From: Octopus vulgaris
Taxonomy: Eukaryota
Reading direction: 5' to 3'
NCBI GenBank assembly: GCA_951406725.2
Contig: OX597816.1
Span: forward strand, 156,674,001 to 156,738,000
Length of the DNA stretch: 64,000 nt
A model generated the notes under the pieces. It saw only the letters and a list, made by a program, of their open reading frames with translations. It was not told where the DNA came from and made no database searches. Positions 1 through 13,083 of this stretch are shown piece by piece. Position 1 is the first letter of the stretch. Each line of letters opens with the position of its first letter. The position numbers were made by a program, and so were the translations under genes.

Positions 1-2030
1 TTAAGTTAAGTTCAGTTAAAGCATTCTTCTTGGACTCCCATACGATTAAAGTCATCTTCCTTATCCCTATTCAAAGTTATTCAAATGTACATGTACATGA
101 GTACATAGGTAAGAATGCACAAAGCAGATGTGTCAAGAGCCTGTTTGTCGGCGTTTAGAAAAATGTTAACAAAAGCGAGAGAGACTTGCTTTTATGGATT
201 ATATCAAACGTTATCGCTCTAAAAACCAGTACCTGATAGAGCAAAATCGAGTAAAAATTCGTTCTCATCGCACCCAAAACAGAAATAACTATCAAATCTA
301 ATTCCATAGACAAAAATATTGAAATTTGTTCCCCACTGTTATATATGTATAAGATATACATACTATATAATTCATTTCTCACAACTTGAAAGCAAAGGGA
401 AAAAGAAGGAATATAGAAAAATGAAGATGAATATATTATTGTGCGAAATGTAGGAAGAAATTAGAAGTGGGCGAGGAACAGAATAGGAAGTCGTTTTAAG
501 AGGTTTAGAGAAATAGTCTACAAATTTTAAATATTTGTGGATATAAGACAAGTGTACACATTCTTCCACTCCACCGTAGCATACATTTTGCATTTTCCCT
601 ATATATTGCTATGTCACTTCTATTTCCTAGTTTCCTTTGGATATTTCTTTCAATTCATTTCTACGACTTTATGTACAGGAAATTTAAATTTTATTCCTGA
701 ATTTAATAACGAAAATTGATTGCAATAATTTTCCTATGTGCACATAGAGAAAATAGATCGCGATATATCTCACCATATCAGAAAGCAACAGCAATTCCTC
801 AGTTTCAGAATATTTGTTAAATATAGAAATCAAACAGGGAAATTTCTAGATATTCATCTGTAATAGCTTACATGAATGCGCTTATGAAAATGTCCATCAA
901 TAAATCAATTAGATAATTTATGCTGTAGAAATGCTATGGAAAATCTACATATATATTTTCATGTTTTCGTGTCAATGGGATTCATCATGTTGTAAAATTA
1001 AATATGAGCAAACAGATAATGAATATCTTACGGAGAACACAAACAGTTAGACGTAAACATATTTGTTGTGGAAATTCTGTGTATAATATGATGAGGTAAA
1101 TAGTAGCTTCTTTCATGTTAGAGATATATGTGATGCATAATAGCTGTCAGAATAAAGAGTTAAGATCAGAGAGAGATTTACTTGTGTGGAGCAAAGAGAG
1201 CTAACCGATAGTTCAATTGAGAAGTTCAAACCGGTTCTGAATGGAGAGCAATGATGATTTAAATTTGGTTTGATTTGAAAGTAAAGATTCATAAAGAAAT
1301 ATTATGTAATACACTATCATCTCCTTTCAAATACGTAAGAGCCTCACTGTTGCTAGGTACAGTTAAATACAAATATCCCTTTTCTTTTTTAATTACCCCA
1401 ACTCCAACATAGCTGCTATGTAAATATTTACTTAGATACTTAGAGTACATTTTGGGGGATTATATGAAATTAACTGTAATATTGGTTTTTAAATGATCTA
1501 AAAGGGGAGGTAAATCTAGAAATAATAACTTGCTATAATCCGCAGTATTGCATTTTAATATATACTGTATAGAGAGAGAGGTGGGGAGAGGAAGGAAGAG
1601 AGAGCGGGAGTGAATAAGAGAGGGAGGGAGGGAGAGAGAGCAGCGCGAAGCACCGATTATGATTAAATGAACTATTGGTTAGCTAAAATATAAAGGTCGA
1701 AGTTTTGACAGAACAAAAGTAGCAATCGATCTCATGGTTATTTGGCTCTCGCCACAACTGAATGGACATATTTTAACTTCTGAAAGCAAATTCACTGCAG
1801 CGACCATGAATGACATATTCTCCCTTATGGCAAAAGGTCTAAATAAATAAAAAAGACATATTTTCCAAGTGCTTCCCTCTAGCGGATCCTAGACGCGTGA
1901 TTCTCGTTCTTGGTTCTTTAACCTTCCTCAATGATAAAGAGAGAAGAGACGTAACCCGTAGACAAATTGAAACCAGTTGTTTTAACCAAGACAGTAAACA
2001 TCAGTAACTGTTTGGAGCAAATGGAGCGTC

Positions 2031-2920
2031 TGGGCGGTATGAAAATAGTAGCATCAGCGCCAATCAGTGATTTAGGTATATCGAACTTCATGCAAAGTTA
2101 GAATAAGTTTATGGCATATTTTAACTTCTAATGGCGTGGTGTAAAAGTTCTGTCGTATAGAAAGAGGTGTAAACCCCTCATACACACTCGCACAGACAAG
2201 CTCACATATACGATACACACCTAGAAATACACACACACGTACACGTACACTCATATATTCTAAACATAATTTAACAATAGTATAAGCCATTTTGATTAAA
2301 TGCTGGTGAATATAAACATTTAATAACAATGGCAGTAAGTTATGCTACTACTATACCTAAATTTCCACTGAATCCATATCAAATATAAAGAGGAGCAAAA
2401 CGAAAACTATCTCCATAAACACTTATACTTTCTCCTCTTTTTTGAATACCAGTAGTTTCTAATTGTTGTCCTCTTAAAGACACGTGTCTTTCTAAAATAT
2501 TATTTCTGAAGCTATAGTTCCTCTTTTAAAGAACAGAGCAACGAAAGCGTATTTAGGGCTCCCACTTAGATATCCACATCATCAAACTCTAGATTGGTTG
2601 TTGAAGTGAGTGAGTGAGCTAAGGGCAATATTGGGTATAATTAACAGTAAATAATTCTGGCGTGAACTACTGTTATGTTTAACAGACGAGCTTCCATCAC
2701 TGAAAATGACGAAAATGACGTCGGAATCACGTGACCTGATGATCTCCAAGCTAAAATAGTAGGGAGTTCTCTCCCCGCTTACAATATATATATATCATGC
2801 GGAGCACACTAAATAAGCAACTGGAGGAGGCGTTCTCCTGGCGTTAAAATAACAGTGCTGCTTGTTCTTATAGACACAATCGTTTAGGTAGCAATGAACA
2901 ATTGTGGAAATATCCAATAG
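2031..2920. promoter_or_regulatory. Candidate Pol II promoter/enhancer motif cluster
   Basis: GC-box-like TGGGCGG (2031); CCAAT/ATTGG at ~2060, ~2592, ~2914; palindrome AAGACACGTGTCTT (2477-2490); TGACG (2707), TGACGTC (2716) and TCACGTGA (2727) within 30 bp; TA-rich run ~2784. No linked CDS found. Confidence 0.3.
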
Positions 2921-3828
2921 GATTAAAATAAACACTGAAAATATATACATGTGTTAGGTTCGAAATTGAGAGTACGTTACCAAAAAAAGCACCTTTCCCG
3001 AACAAAATTCGAAGAGCACATCAGCCGAAGTGTTGCGACTAAAATAACCAAAATCAGGATTCCAGTCCGACTCTGTCATGTTACAATAATAATAATTAAA
3101 ATTCTTCATTTTAGGAATTCAAAGAAAATATATATATTCATTCATTAGATTAAAGAAAAATATGAGAGATATAAATCTACACTCGTCAAATATATCATAT
3201 TGGTTTTATCATTTTCCCCACATCTTTGCACACATACGTATATGTATATGAATATGTATATATGTGTGTGTATGTATGTTTATATATACATGTGTGTGTT
3301 TATATATATATATTTATATATATGTATACACACACACACATATCCACGCCTATATTTAAATTACCCGACAAGCTGTGTGTTTTTATTTCTCCCTCTCCCC
3401 AACCACAATCACACTGCTAAGCATTGGTATACATTGATATACAGTTATTTTAAGTTACTTGGGCAACGAAAACACAAAAAACAACATTTTAGCAGAAACG
3501 AAAAAATATCATTACTTGTTTTCTATCTTTATATTTTCTATCTTTATACTTTTCAGTTTTCAAAACATTGTATTGCTTCTACTTATTTGAATGTATGTTA
3601 TTTTATGTAAATAGCTATATATCATTGATTTTATCACATACAACTTTACTTTCTTGCTTTCTTATGTGTGTATACACAGTTGAACTGTCGCTGGTGGAGA
3701 GTGAGAATGAAAGGAAATAACAGCCAAATAAAAATATAACCATAATAGGATTTCGTATATCAATATAACTAAGCTTCAGATCAAATCCGATACTTTTATC
3801 TTAGTATCCAGTTGAGAAGACACTCCTC

Positions 3829-4025
3829 TACTACTACTACTACTAATGCTACTAATACTACCACCACCGCCTCCGCCCGCCGCCACCGCCTCAGTAGACC
3901 ATCATCATTATTACTACCATCAGTATCCCCAATACAACCAAAACCATCACCGCTATTACGAACAACATATCTTCCTCGTCATTATCATCACCGACATCTC
4001 CATCCTTATTATCATCGCCATCGTT
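3829..4025. repeat. Degenerate trinucleotide low-complexity tract (CTA/CCA/CCG/CAT)
   Basis: Visible runs of cta, cca, ccg, cat; source of the spurious T/H/P-rich ORFs. Confidence 0.85.
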
Positions 4026-4499
4026 GTGTATATCATGTGATACGTAGCAAATTCTAACTATAGCAAAATTTAGAAATAAAAATTCGTCGGACCGCGAAAT
4101 ATTTACAAACTCTACCCAGTCATGTAGAACCTTATACACACAAAGTAATCGATCCTGGTCAAATACATTTTCGATAATTTTCTTTTACCAACACTATATT
4201 TGTTTTTTTACATTTATCACACTCACATACAGAGATATAATATCTTAGATCAATATATATATATATATGCATGTATATGCATATATAAATATATATGTAT
4301 CTGTGTGTATGTAATTATGGCGTTCATTCAATTCGTCGCTGGTTACTTGTCGACTGTCAAATGATTCACCGCTTACTTCGTCTCCACAATTCTTCGTGAG
4401 TGGCCAACTTGCAAATCAACCAAACGTTTAAATGTTACATAAGCAAAAAGTTTGACTGACGTTAAGGATTACAAATTTTTGCTCTCAGTTGATTTCGAT

Positions 4500-4697
4500 T
4501 TTAAATTATGACACGGGACCAGCAATTTCGGGGGAAAGTTATGTCGATTACATCCACACCAGTATTCTAATGGTACTTATTTTATCGCCCCACCCCCAAT
4601 GGATGAAAGGCAGAATTTGAACTCAGAACGTTAAAACGGACAAAATGATACTAAGCATTTTCCCTGGTGTGCTAAAGATCCTGCCAACACGCAGCCT
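4500..4697 (-). mobile_element. Degraded tRNA-derived SINE, family B-related
   Basis: Shares gtcgattacat..ggtacttattt..ggatgaaaggca..gaatttgaactcagaacgt..gtgctaa..ctgcca with 18915-19145. Confidence 0.75.
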
Positions 4698-4795
4698 TCC
4701 CTCTCAGTTGATATTGCAAATGGATATGAAGTATTGAAGAGAGAACAATGAAAACACAACAATGAAGAACATTGTACATGCAAAATATCTATTTA

Positions 4796-4884
<89 letters not shown>

Positions 4885-5560
4885 TTATATATTTATATAT
4901 TCATACATTCATACAATTTCTTTCAATTTATAATGCTTAACACATGAAAAGCAAAGAAATGTAGGCAAATGTATATTTGGAACACCAAGAATCTTGCAAA
5001 CCTAATACAAAAGCGATATTTATAAATGGTTTTGTAAATAATAATTTGGATCTAAAATTTACTTATGTAAATGCTATATTTTAAATCTATTAAAAATAGG
5101 TAAAATGGCAAAACGTAGATGAAATAAAAAATGAGATATTATCATTGCAAATGTTCTGCAACAAATTCCATGAGATTATTGTTGTATTCAAAATCGTAAT
5201 TATTTATTACATTTCTAATGTGTTTATTGAGGATACAGCATTTCGTGTCTTTCCTCTGAATATAATGTTGCAGTTTTGTTTGCATATACCACGTAATTTT
5301 TTTAATAATAAACATGAGATATTGTCATCGTTCTTTCACCTTTAACTTGTTTATACGGATTATGTTGAATATTAATTTATTTACGTCATAAAACACAAAC
5401 CCATGCACTAGGTGAATCCCCCACAAAGAAAATGCGCCATCAACACGTTCTCAGCGACAAAGAAAGCAATTGCATTACTCACGCGAGCAATTTGAAAAAT
5501 GCAAAGAACTAAACCGCTAACGTTCTTTCCAAACTTAGCTGATATATATATATATATATA

Positions 5561-6217
5561 TTCGCCTTATCTATCGCCTTAAATGGTCCTTTTACATACT
5601 GAATACTTGGTGAAATTGATTAATAACTAATTAATTTTACCCTCAATTGTTGAAATTATAATTCATTTCTCTCTGTTTATTGCCTCGGTTTTCACCGCTA
5701 AAATATGGTGTTTGCTAGTTTAGCCCACGTGGGTGGAAAGGGAGAACAGGAATTCTTCGCTTGCATATTTTGAATTTGTTGGCACTGTCAGTTTGAGCGG
5801 GTCGTCTGAGGTGTTAAGTCGCCAAAAGGGTATGTTCCTACTTTCAGTGTTTCCAAATCCAAACTAAGAAATTTTGGGCTGACGAAAGAAATGTCGAATT
5901 TTATTTGGCTGATCTAGAAACGTAACGTTCTCAAATAATCTTTGCACTTGTGATTTTTTAATGTTTTTTACCCCCATACCTTCGTGGGTTATTCCGAGTA
6001 AACACTATCTGAGAGAAATTTTCTTTAAGTATTAGAAATAGCTAAAAAACTTTTTTGGCTGCTATTTCTAATGAGTTCAGTATGTGGCAAAGTAATTTAT
6101 TTTACTAAGCCCTTTTATATTAATGTAATATTTTGAATTCGCCTTAAATGGTCCTTTTACATACTGAATACTTGGTGAAATTGATTAATAACTAATTAAT
6201 TTCACCCTCAATTGTTG

Positions 6218-6225
<8 letters not shown>
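5561..6225 (+). mobile_element. Non-coding retrozyme-like / solo Penelope pLTR unit with 87-bp direct terminal repeats, inserted in (TA)n
   Basis: Direct repeats 5574-5660 and 6139-6225 (1 mismatch), period 565 bp; internal hammerhead; (TA)n on both flanks. Confidence 0.75.
5873..5935 (+). ncRNA. Type I hammerhead ribozyme, full core
   Basis: Stem I UUUGGG/CUCAAA; CUGACGA; stem II AGA..GUCGAAU-UUU-AUUUGGC..UCU; GAAA; stem III CG-UAA-CG; triplet GUU (cut after 5929). Confidence 0.75.
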
Positions 6226-6261
<36 letters not shown>

Positions 6262-6269
6262 TTTAAACT

Positions 6270-6680
6270 CGTTACTGTTTTACTTATTTCAATCATGCGA
6301 CTGTGGCCATGCTGGAGCACCGACTTTACTCGGGCAAATCGACACCAGGACTTATTCTTTGTAATCCTATTACTTATTCTATCGGTTTATTTTGCCGAAC
6401 CACTGAGTTACGGGGACGTATATACACAAGCATCGGTTGTCAAAGGATGGGGGAGGGGACAAGCACAGACACGGAAACATATACACACATATGTATATAT
6501 ATATATATACATATATACGACGGGCTTCTTTCAGTTTCCGTCTACCAAATCCACTCACAAGGCTTTGGTCGGCCCAAGGCTATAGTAGAAGACACTTGCC
6601 CAAGGTGCCACGCAGTGGGACTGAACCCGAAACCATGTGGTTCGTAAGCAAGCTACTTACAACACAGCCACTCCTACGCC
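6270..6680 (-). mobile_element. tRNA-derived SINE family A (CORE-like block, internal TA microsatellite)
   Basis: Reverse complement has head ggcgtaggagtggctgtgt, B-box-like ggttcagtccc and ggcaccttgggcaagtgtc; co-linear with 13777-14250. Confidence 0.9.
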
Positions 6681-6694
6681 TATATATATATATA

Positions 6695-6990
6695 ATCGAA
6701 ATAATCAACAGGATATCAAGAAGTAATGCAGTACAACCGTTTCAAGCGGGTCCATTTACTTGAACAATGCAATAATTACATCAATTTAAATGCAGGGCTA
6801 TCCTTAACTGCACAAGTAAACAGATTTTTAATCAGTTGGACATTTTACTCAAATATTTCAACAGCGGAAGAAGATGGAAAAATCTATGTTGTCGCTATTG
6901 TAGCTAAGAATATTTTATTAAACATTATGAGGATAAAACCGGACTGACTGGTTGATTCAACTAAAGTACCTAATTCAACTGAAAACTAAG
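6695..6990 (-). mobile_element. Penelope-like pLTR fragment with decayed hammerhead (6727-6812)
   Basis: Minus strand UGCAG-UUAAGGA-..-GAAAC-GGUU-GUA-CUGCA; related to 60124-60187; flanked by (TA)n. Confidence 0.55.
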
Positions 6991-6994
6991 TCTC

Positions 6995-7110
<116 letters not shown>

Positions 7111-7244
7111 TAGATGTTTTAAACAAAATGAGATAACAAAGCCAACGCTGTGAGAGTTGAGGACATTTATAAGGATAAAGATATATAGAGGACAAAAAAG
7201 GGGGGATATCGTTCCTCAGAAAAAAGGGGAGAGGTTTAAAAGAG

Positions 7245-7687
7245 TTGATCAATAGGGATCGTTATCACAGAAATGTCAATATGAAGTGTAAAGGTGAGGA
7301 CAGGTGAGGTTTACCCGTGGAAAGAAAAGCCTACGGAAAAGACCACGGTAACCTCGGTCAATGAAGTCACATATTATATTTCTTTCTTTTATTTTTTTTT
7401 GAAAATAAGCAACTCTCTGTATTAATTTTTATGGTTCATAGAATCATAGTCAAGGTGGCTTCGTCATTCATACGTGCCATCCTTGCTACATTCACCCATC
7501 TTTTTTGAAAACATTCACTAGACAAAACTTGCCTCTGGTCACTTTCCTCCTCAAGTGATACTTGAAGAAGTTGATGAGAGACCAGAGAGGAAAGTGTTTG
7601 TCTCGAATCCTTTCAGGCGCGTCCACCAGATACATTCTTTCGCCATAGCCACAAGTATGATAAAAGGGAGCTCTTCCTTCCCGTTTG
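7245..7687 (-). mobile_element. L1/Tx1-like LINE, ORF2 C-terminus + 3' UTR fragment
   Basis: Minus translation FIILVAMAKECIWWTRLKG..FQKRWVNVARMAR (K-x-x-IW-x-x-R motif); UTR matches 48200-48297. Confidence 0.65.
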
Positions 7688-7964
7688 AAGAAAAGTTGGA
7701 AAGTGTGAAAGAAATTAAGGGCGAAAGAAGTGAGAAAAGAAGTATTAATTGTTGGTCAAGATAATATCAGGTTAGGATGGGGCAGGAGAAGGGGAAGGAT
7801 AGGATTGAATAAGTGTGATAATGAGAGTAGGAGTGATATAATAGGAAGCCGGGCATTAAGGCGGGTCAGAATATTGGTGATATGATAAAGCTGCAATGCG
7901 AAGGTAGAGAAAGGGCATGGGTGGGAGTGATAACAAAGTGAATAGGGCCATTTTAGTAGTGAAA

Positions 7965-8050
7965 TTTTGCGGGAATGCGTGCCTCACAAACGGCGACCAC
8001 ACCTGTTCACCGTCGTCTACATAGAGCCGGAGATGTCGCAGTCTCAGCGC
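7965..8050 (-). mobile_element. L1/Tx1-like ORF2 fragment
   Basis: Minus translation ALRLRHLRLYVDDGEQVWSPFVRHAFPQ, resembling the post-RT region of Tx1-type ORF2. Confidence 0.5.
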
Positions 8051-8065
8051 GAGATAGATAGATAT

Positions 8066-8170
<105 letters not shown>

Positions 8171-8171
8171 G

Positions 8172-9160
8172 ATGTTTTAAACAAAATGAAATAACAAAGC
8201 CAACGCTGTGAGTGTTGAGGACATTTATAAGGATAAAGATATATAGTCTTATAGTTGTTTGTGGGATATCGCTTCCTCAGAGACGGTGTGAGATGTTTAA
8301 ATAGAGTTAAATAATTGAGTTCGAAATAAGGAATTATTATGGAGAAGGTGCAGATAGGGAATATAGAATGAAATAACAGAATGAAAGTAGAAATAAAATA
8401 TATAAAGATATTGTAGTTCCAGTTCCATTATTCGAGGAATGTAGTGTATAGAATTGGTAAAAACGTTTCTTCTACATGGTATTTAAGTTCCAATAGTGGC
8501 TCATGTTTAGTCATTTCAAAGTATGGAGCTGTGGATTCTGTGTTACTCATTCGGAAGGGTTTTGTGGTGTGAATGAATGAAAATTTGAGAATGTATTGGT
8601 AGTATTTGTGAAATAATGGGTGAAGGGAGAGATGTGTATGAGTAGAATGAGGAGATAGGGCAAAATGAAAATAGGAGGAGGAAATGAGAGGAAGAAAAGA
8701 GATAAAAGGGAGAAAGAAGGGTGAAGAAAAGTTGGAAAGTGTGAAAGAAATTAAGGGCGAAAGAAGTGAGAAAAGAAGTATTAATTGTTGGTCAAGATAA
8801 TATCAGGGTAGGATGGGGGAGGAGAAGGGGAAGGATAGGAGTGAATAAGTGTGATAATGTGAGTAGGAGTGATATGATTGAGCCACATTAAGCGTAGAAT
8901 ATTGGGGATATGATAAAGCTGCACGAAGGTAGAGAAAGGGCATGGGTGGGGTGATAACAAAGTGAATAGTGGTTTTAGTAGTGACATTTTAAGTCGATGG
9001 AAGAATACAAGGATATCAAATATCTCTATAAATAGACGTATATGGTAGGTTAGTGCGGTAGGTAGGAATCATTGAGAGGGAAAGAAGGTCGACAACACTG
9101 TTCAAACTCATTTCGCAATGAAAATTGATATAAACCCTGTCTTACTTTAGGGGAAACACG
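8172..9160 (-). mobile_element. Penelope-like pLTR family P (purine-rich on +), hammerhead relic 8246-8284
   Basis: Co-linear with 11140-11820 and, inverted, with 43480-43720; partial duplicates at 7112-7245 and 7687-7965. Confidence 0.7.
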
Positions 9161-9499
9161 GTATATATATATATATATATATTATTCTTTTTGGGGAGAG
9201 TTATTCTATTTTAATGCCTTATTAATTAAATCATTCACTGGTTCGATTTCTACTCATTTACTAATTTATTATTTATTATTTCTATATTTAGTTGCTTCTT
9301 GCAAATTCTTATGTTGTCAGCCTTCTCAGAGATAGTTCATGACGCTGAAGGAAACTATCCAGCTGTTGTTGTGATGCTTTGATTTCATCTGATAATATAT
9401 CAAACTTTGGTACATTTGCAAGTGATTCCTCTTGCCTTCATCCTTTCTTTTCAGTTACAGAGAGTTCTGTTTGTCTCTTACTCAACTGCGCCCGCACAT

Positions 9500-9855
9500 A
9501 GTAATCAAGAGTTAGGTAACCAGATTTGAGGGGTGATGTGACCGCAGACACTGTCTGACAGCCATGATTGGGTTCTGCTGCTTGTGTGGCTCGGTGCAGA
9601 GCCCTGTTGCCATACATAGGGTGTTCCAGCAGCCACTCTCTTGAATCAGGGCAGCATTACCTCCTACAGGCATTTGATGTAAGCTTCCGTACCATGCTGA
9701 ATCTGAGGCCGTGTGGGAAGATGAATGAAAGCATAACGTCGCCGTCACCAGTGATCAGCCCAAACACCAAGATGTTGATTAGATGTTGATTTGTATCACT
9801 CTCGATATATGTTTTGGGGACACGGCAAGCCAACGGATGTTCTGTGTGTTCACCA
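9500..9855 (-). mobile_element. Degraded RTE-clade LINE 3' fragment
   Basis: Frameshifted similarity to the RTE C-terminus (LNIRW..RVPKTYI..GDVM..KLTSNAC). Confidence 0.45.
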
Positions 9856-9864
9856 CCTGATCCT

Positions 9865-10483
9865 GGTAGAAATTTTTCTTGTCTGAGAAAAACCAAAACA
9901 TATTCGGTTGGAGTGTATCTTTTAGTTTATTCAAAAGTTACATAGCGCGGTCTTTCCTTTTGCCGTTGATGACTTTGGATAAAAATTAGCCCTTCCTCAG
10001 CTTGTATAAGGAATACCGAATGTCTTCATGCACTACCTGCTTCATAAGAAGCTCAGACACTCCCTTATCCCTAGCGATGGAGATGATTGACTTGGAGGGA
10101 TCGTTGTCAATCATGAACTGGATCTCACCAAAAAATTCTGGAGTTCTTTAATTATCGGAACGACGATACTGATTTTCCGGGTTGCTGTAACTTCGTAATC
10201 AGAACTGGATTCATCCAACTCTTTCTGAATCCTCGGAAATCATCAGATTGACTCCCAAACACTCTGAAATATTCGTACTAGAGCATCCGGTGCGAATGCC
10301 ATGCAGTACAGCATGTCGTTTCTAAATTTCTGGCAGAGGGAACTGCGAGATAGTGCTGTTGTTCACACAGACGGTATCGAACAGACACTACTATACAGTG
10401 TAGTCGACAAAATAAAAACAAACAATGCGCATGCAGGAAATTAAAGACATAAAGTGGTGACAATTTACTCATCACACACTGTA
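9865..10483 (-). mobile_element. Tc1/mariner (maT/DD37D-like) transposon, 5' part, decayed
   Basis: Terminus TA-CAGTGTGTGATGAGTAAATTGTCACC; minus translation IQFMIDNDPSKSIISIARDKGVS..VVHEDIRY..MFWFFSDKKNF with stops. Confidence 0.75.
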
Positions 10484-10950
10484 TATAAACATATATAAAT
10501 AAAGGTAAGCTCCAACGATCAAAGCGTAGGCTGATAGTAAGCTTAGAGCAGTTCGTACAATGTATAAAAAATAACTTTCAGGAACTTTTCTGTTTTATTG
10601 ATGTAGAGGGTTTTAAGTTTTTTTCCTCATATCGGAGTTCGATAAGCTGAACAAAAACTGTTTTATAGCTTATGGTTAGCAGCAAAAGTTGCTGTGTATG
10701 TGAATGTAAATCCAAAATTATGGAAATCGAGTAGATAAGATCCATTCCCTAAGTTTGGATTTCTTTAAATATATATTTGTGTGTATATGTGTGTGTATTT
10801 ATAGACACACGAAGACACACACACAATCCCATATGTCTCAATGGGGTCCTTTCCTATCGACCGAGCAAAAGGACTTGTGGTGATATAGTTCTCTCTGCAT
10901 TTTATGCGACACATGCTTTTTTTATTGTCTGTATACACACACACACGCAC

Positions 10951-10999
<49 letters not shown>

Positions 11000-11139
11000 A
11001 TATACACAATAGAAGACCCAAAGAATGGAAGATAACGCTTAGTAAGTGGTATGGACACACCGTAGTTAAACTCTTGTTTCGATAGTGATACGGGTGAGGA
11101 GTCTAATGTGGGTCTTATATTAGCATCGATATATATATT

Positions 11140-11820
11140 TATTAGACAAAATGAGATGAAAAAGCCAAGGCTGTGAGGAGTTTTCAGGACATTTATATGG
11201 TAAAAGATGTAAATATAGTCTTATAGCTCTTTGTGGGATATCCCTTCATCAGGGACGGTGTGAGATGGTTAAATAGAGGTAAATATTTGAGTTCGAAATA
11301 AGGAATTATTATGGAAAAGAAGAAGATAGGGAATATAGCGGAAAATAAGAGAAGAAAGTAGAGATAAAATATATAAAGATATTGTAGTTGCAGTTCCATT
11401 ATTCGAGGATAGAAATGGTAAGTTCCAGTAGTAGTTTATGTTTAGTCTTTTCAAAGTAAGGAGCTATGGATTTTGTGTTACTCATTCGAAACGGTTTTGT
11501 GGTGTGACTGAATGAAAAGTATAGTATGTATTGGTAGTATTTTTGAATATGTGGGGGAGGTAAGAGATGTGTATGAGTAGGTTGAGGAGAAAGGTCAAAA
11601 TGTAAACAGGAAGAGAAAATGAGAGGAAAAAAGAGAGAAACAAGGGAGAAAAACAGTGTCAAAAACAGAGAAAAAGTGTCAAAAAGAAATTAAGAATGGG
11701 TGAAAGAAGTGAGAAACGGAGCATTAATTGGTGGTCAAAATAATGTGAGGGGAGATGGGAGAGGAGTAGAGGAGGATGAGAGAGGAGTAGGAGAAGATGG
11801 GAGAGGATGTGAAAGCACGT
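11140..11820 (-). mobile_element. Penelope-like pLTR family P, hammerhead relic 11218-11256
   Basis: Co-linear with 8172-8830; minus strand GUCC-CUGAUGA-A-GGGAUAUCCC-A-CAAAG-AGCU-AUA-AGAC. Confidence 0.7.
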
Positions 11821-12410
11821 AGATTTTAAATTAACAGAACTGGAAGACCGTCGAACTGGATGCTAGATATATTACGTTATCACTATAACCATGCCTCTAT
11901 CGGAGCGTGAACCACTCTATGCAAGATTTCCAATTTAAGGATAACATCTCCTCTTACACTGATCAGTCTCTGAGATACTGTAAACAAACATACTCAGATC
12001 TAAATAGTACTACCAAAATTTTTCACCTCATGAAATAAATGAAAAGTGACTATAAGAGTTTTGGTGTGATTTTAGATGCTAATCGCTCTACCACCATATA
12101 ATTGCTTCACATCCAATTGAGTGTCTCAGGTAATGTAAATTACTAGACAATTACGACTGCGAGAAAGTAAATGCCTTTACTTGTGTACAGGTTCAATTAG
12201 AAGTGAAATACAGTTAACCCTGTAAACCAATCAATAAGATAAATACTATAAAGCCATCTAATTACTGAAGTATCGGATAGTACGTTCTGTTCTTAGGAAA
12301 ATTTTGACACGGCTACATACACAGACACACAAACACATAAATATAAACGTACATACATATATGCACACAAACACACGCACACATACACATGTATATATGC
12401 ATATATATAA

Positions 12411-12443
<33 letters not shown>

Positions 12444-12859
12444 TGTATGTATGTATGTATGTATGTATGTATGTATGTATGTATGCATGTACATATAATT
12501 GTGTGTCTGAGTAAGTGAAAGAGAATAGGAGTGAATTTAAAATGTCGATAACCTATGCGGTTGGTTATGATTGAAAATTAACACCTACAAACATTTCTTC
12601 TTGAAATTCCGATTTCAAAGCTAACACATCATTGTATATTTGTTCATCATTCCTCTCCAGACGTGTAAAGTTTTATTTAATCTCCTTGACAATGGAAACT
12701 AACGTATCGTTTGAATCCATACGACAAAAGAACTGAGTTCTGATTTGACAACACCATTTCTTAGTGTGTCTATACATAAAATTTTCTCTCCTCTTACGCT
12801 TGCAATCTTCGATTTCATAGAAACAAACACATTCATGACTACGAAGCCCTCAAATTAAT

Positions 12860-12860
12860 G

Positions 12861-12901
<41 letters not shown>

Positions 12902-12906
12902 ATATG

Positions 12907-12972
<66 letters not shown>

Positions 12973-12998
12973 CATCTGTGTGTCTGTCTGTCTGTTTG

Positions 12999-13041
<43 letters not shown>

Positions 13042-13080
13042 ATATATATATAAATATATATATATATAGAGAGAGAGAGA
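12860..13080. repeat. Compound microsatellite (TCTA)n/(TC)n/(TA)n/(GA)n
   Basis: Direct reading. Confidence 0.95.
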
Positions 13081-13083
13081 TTA

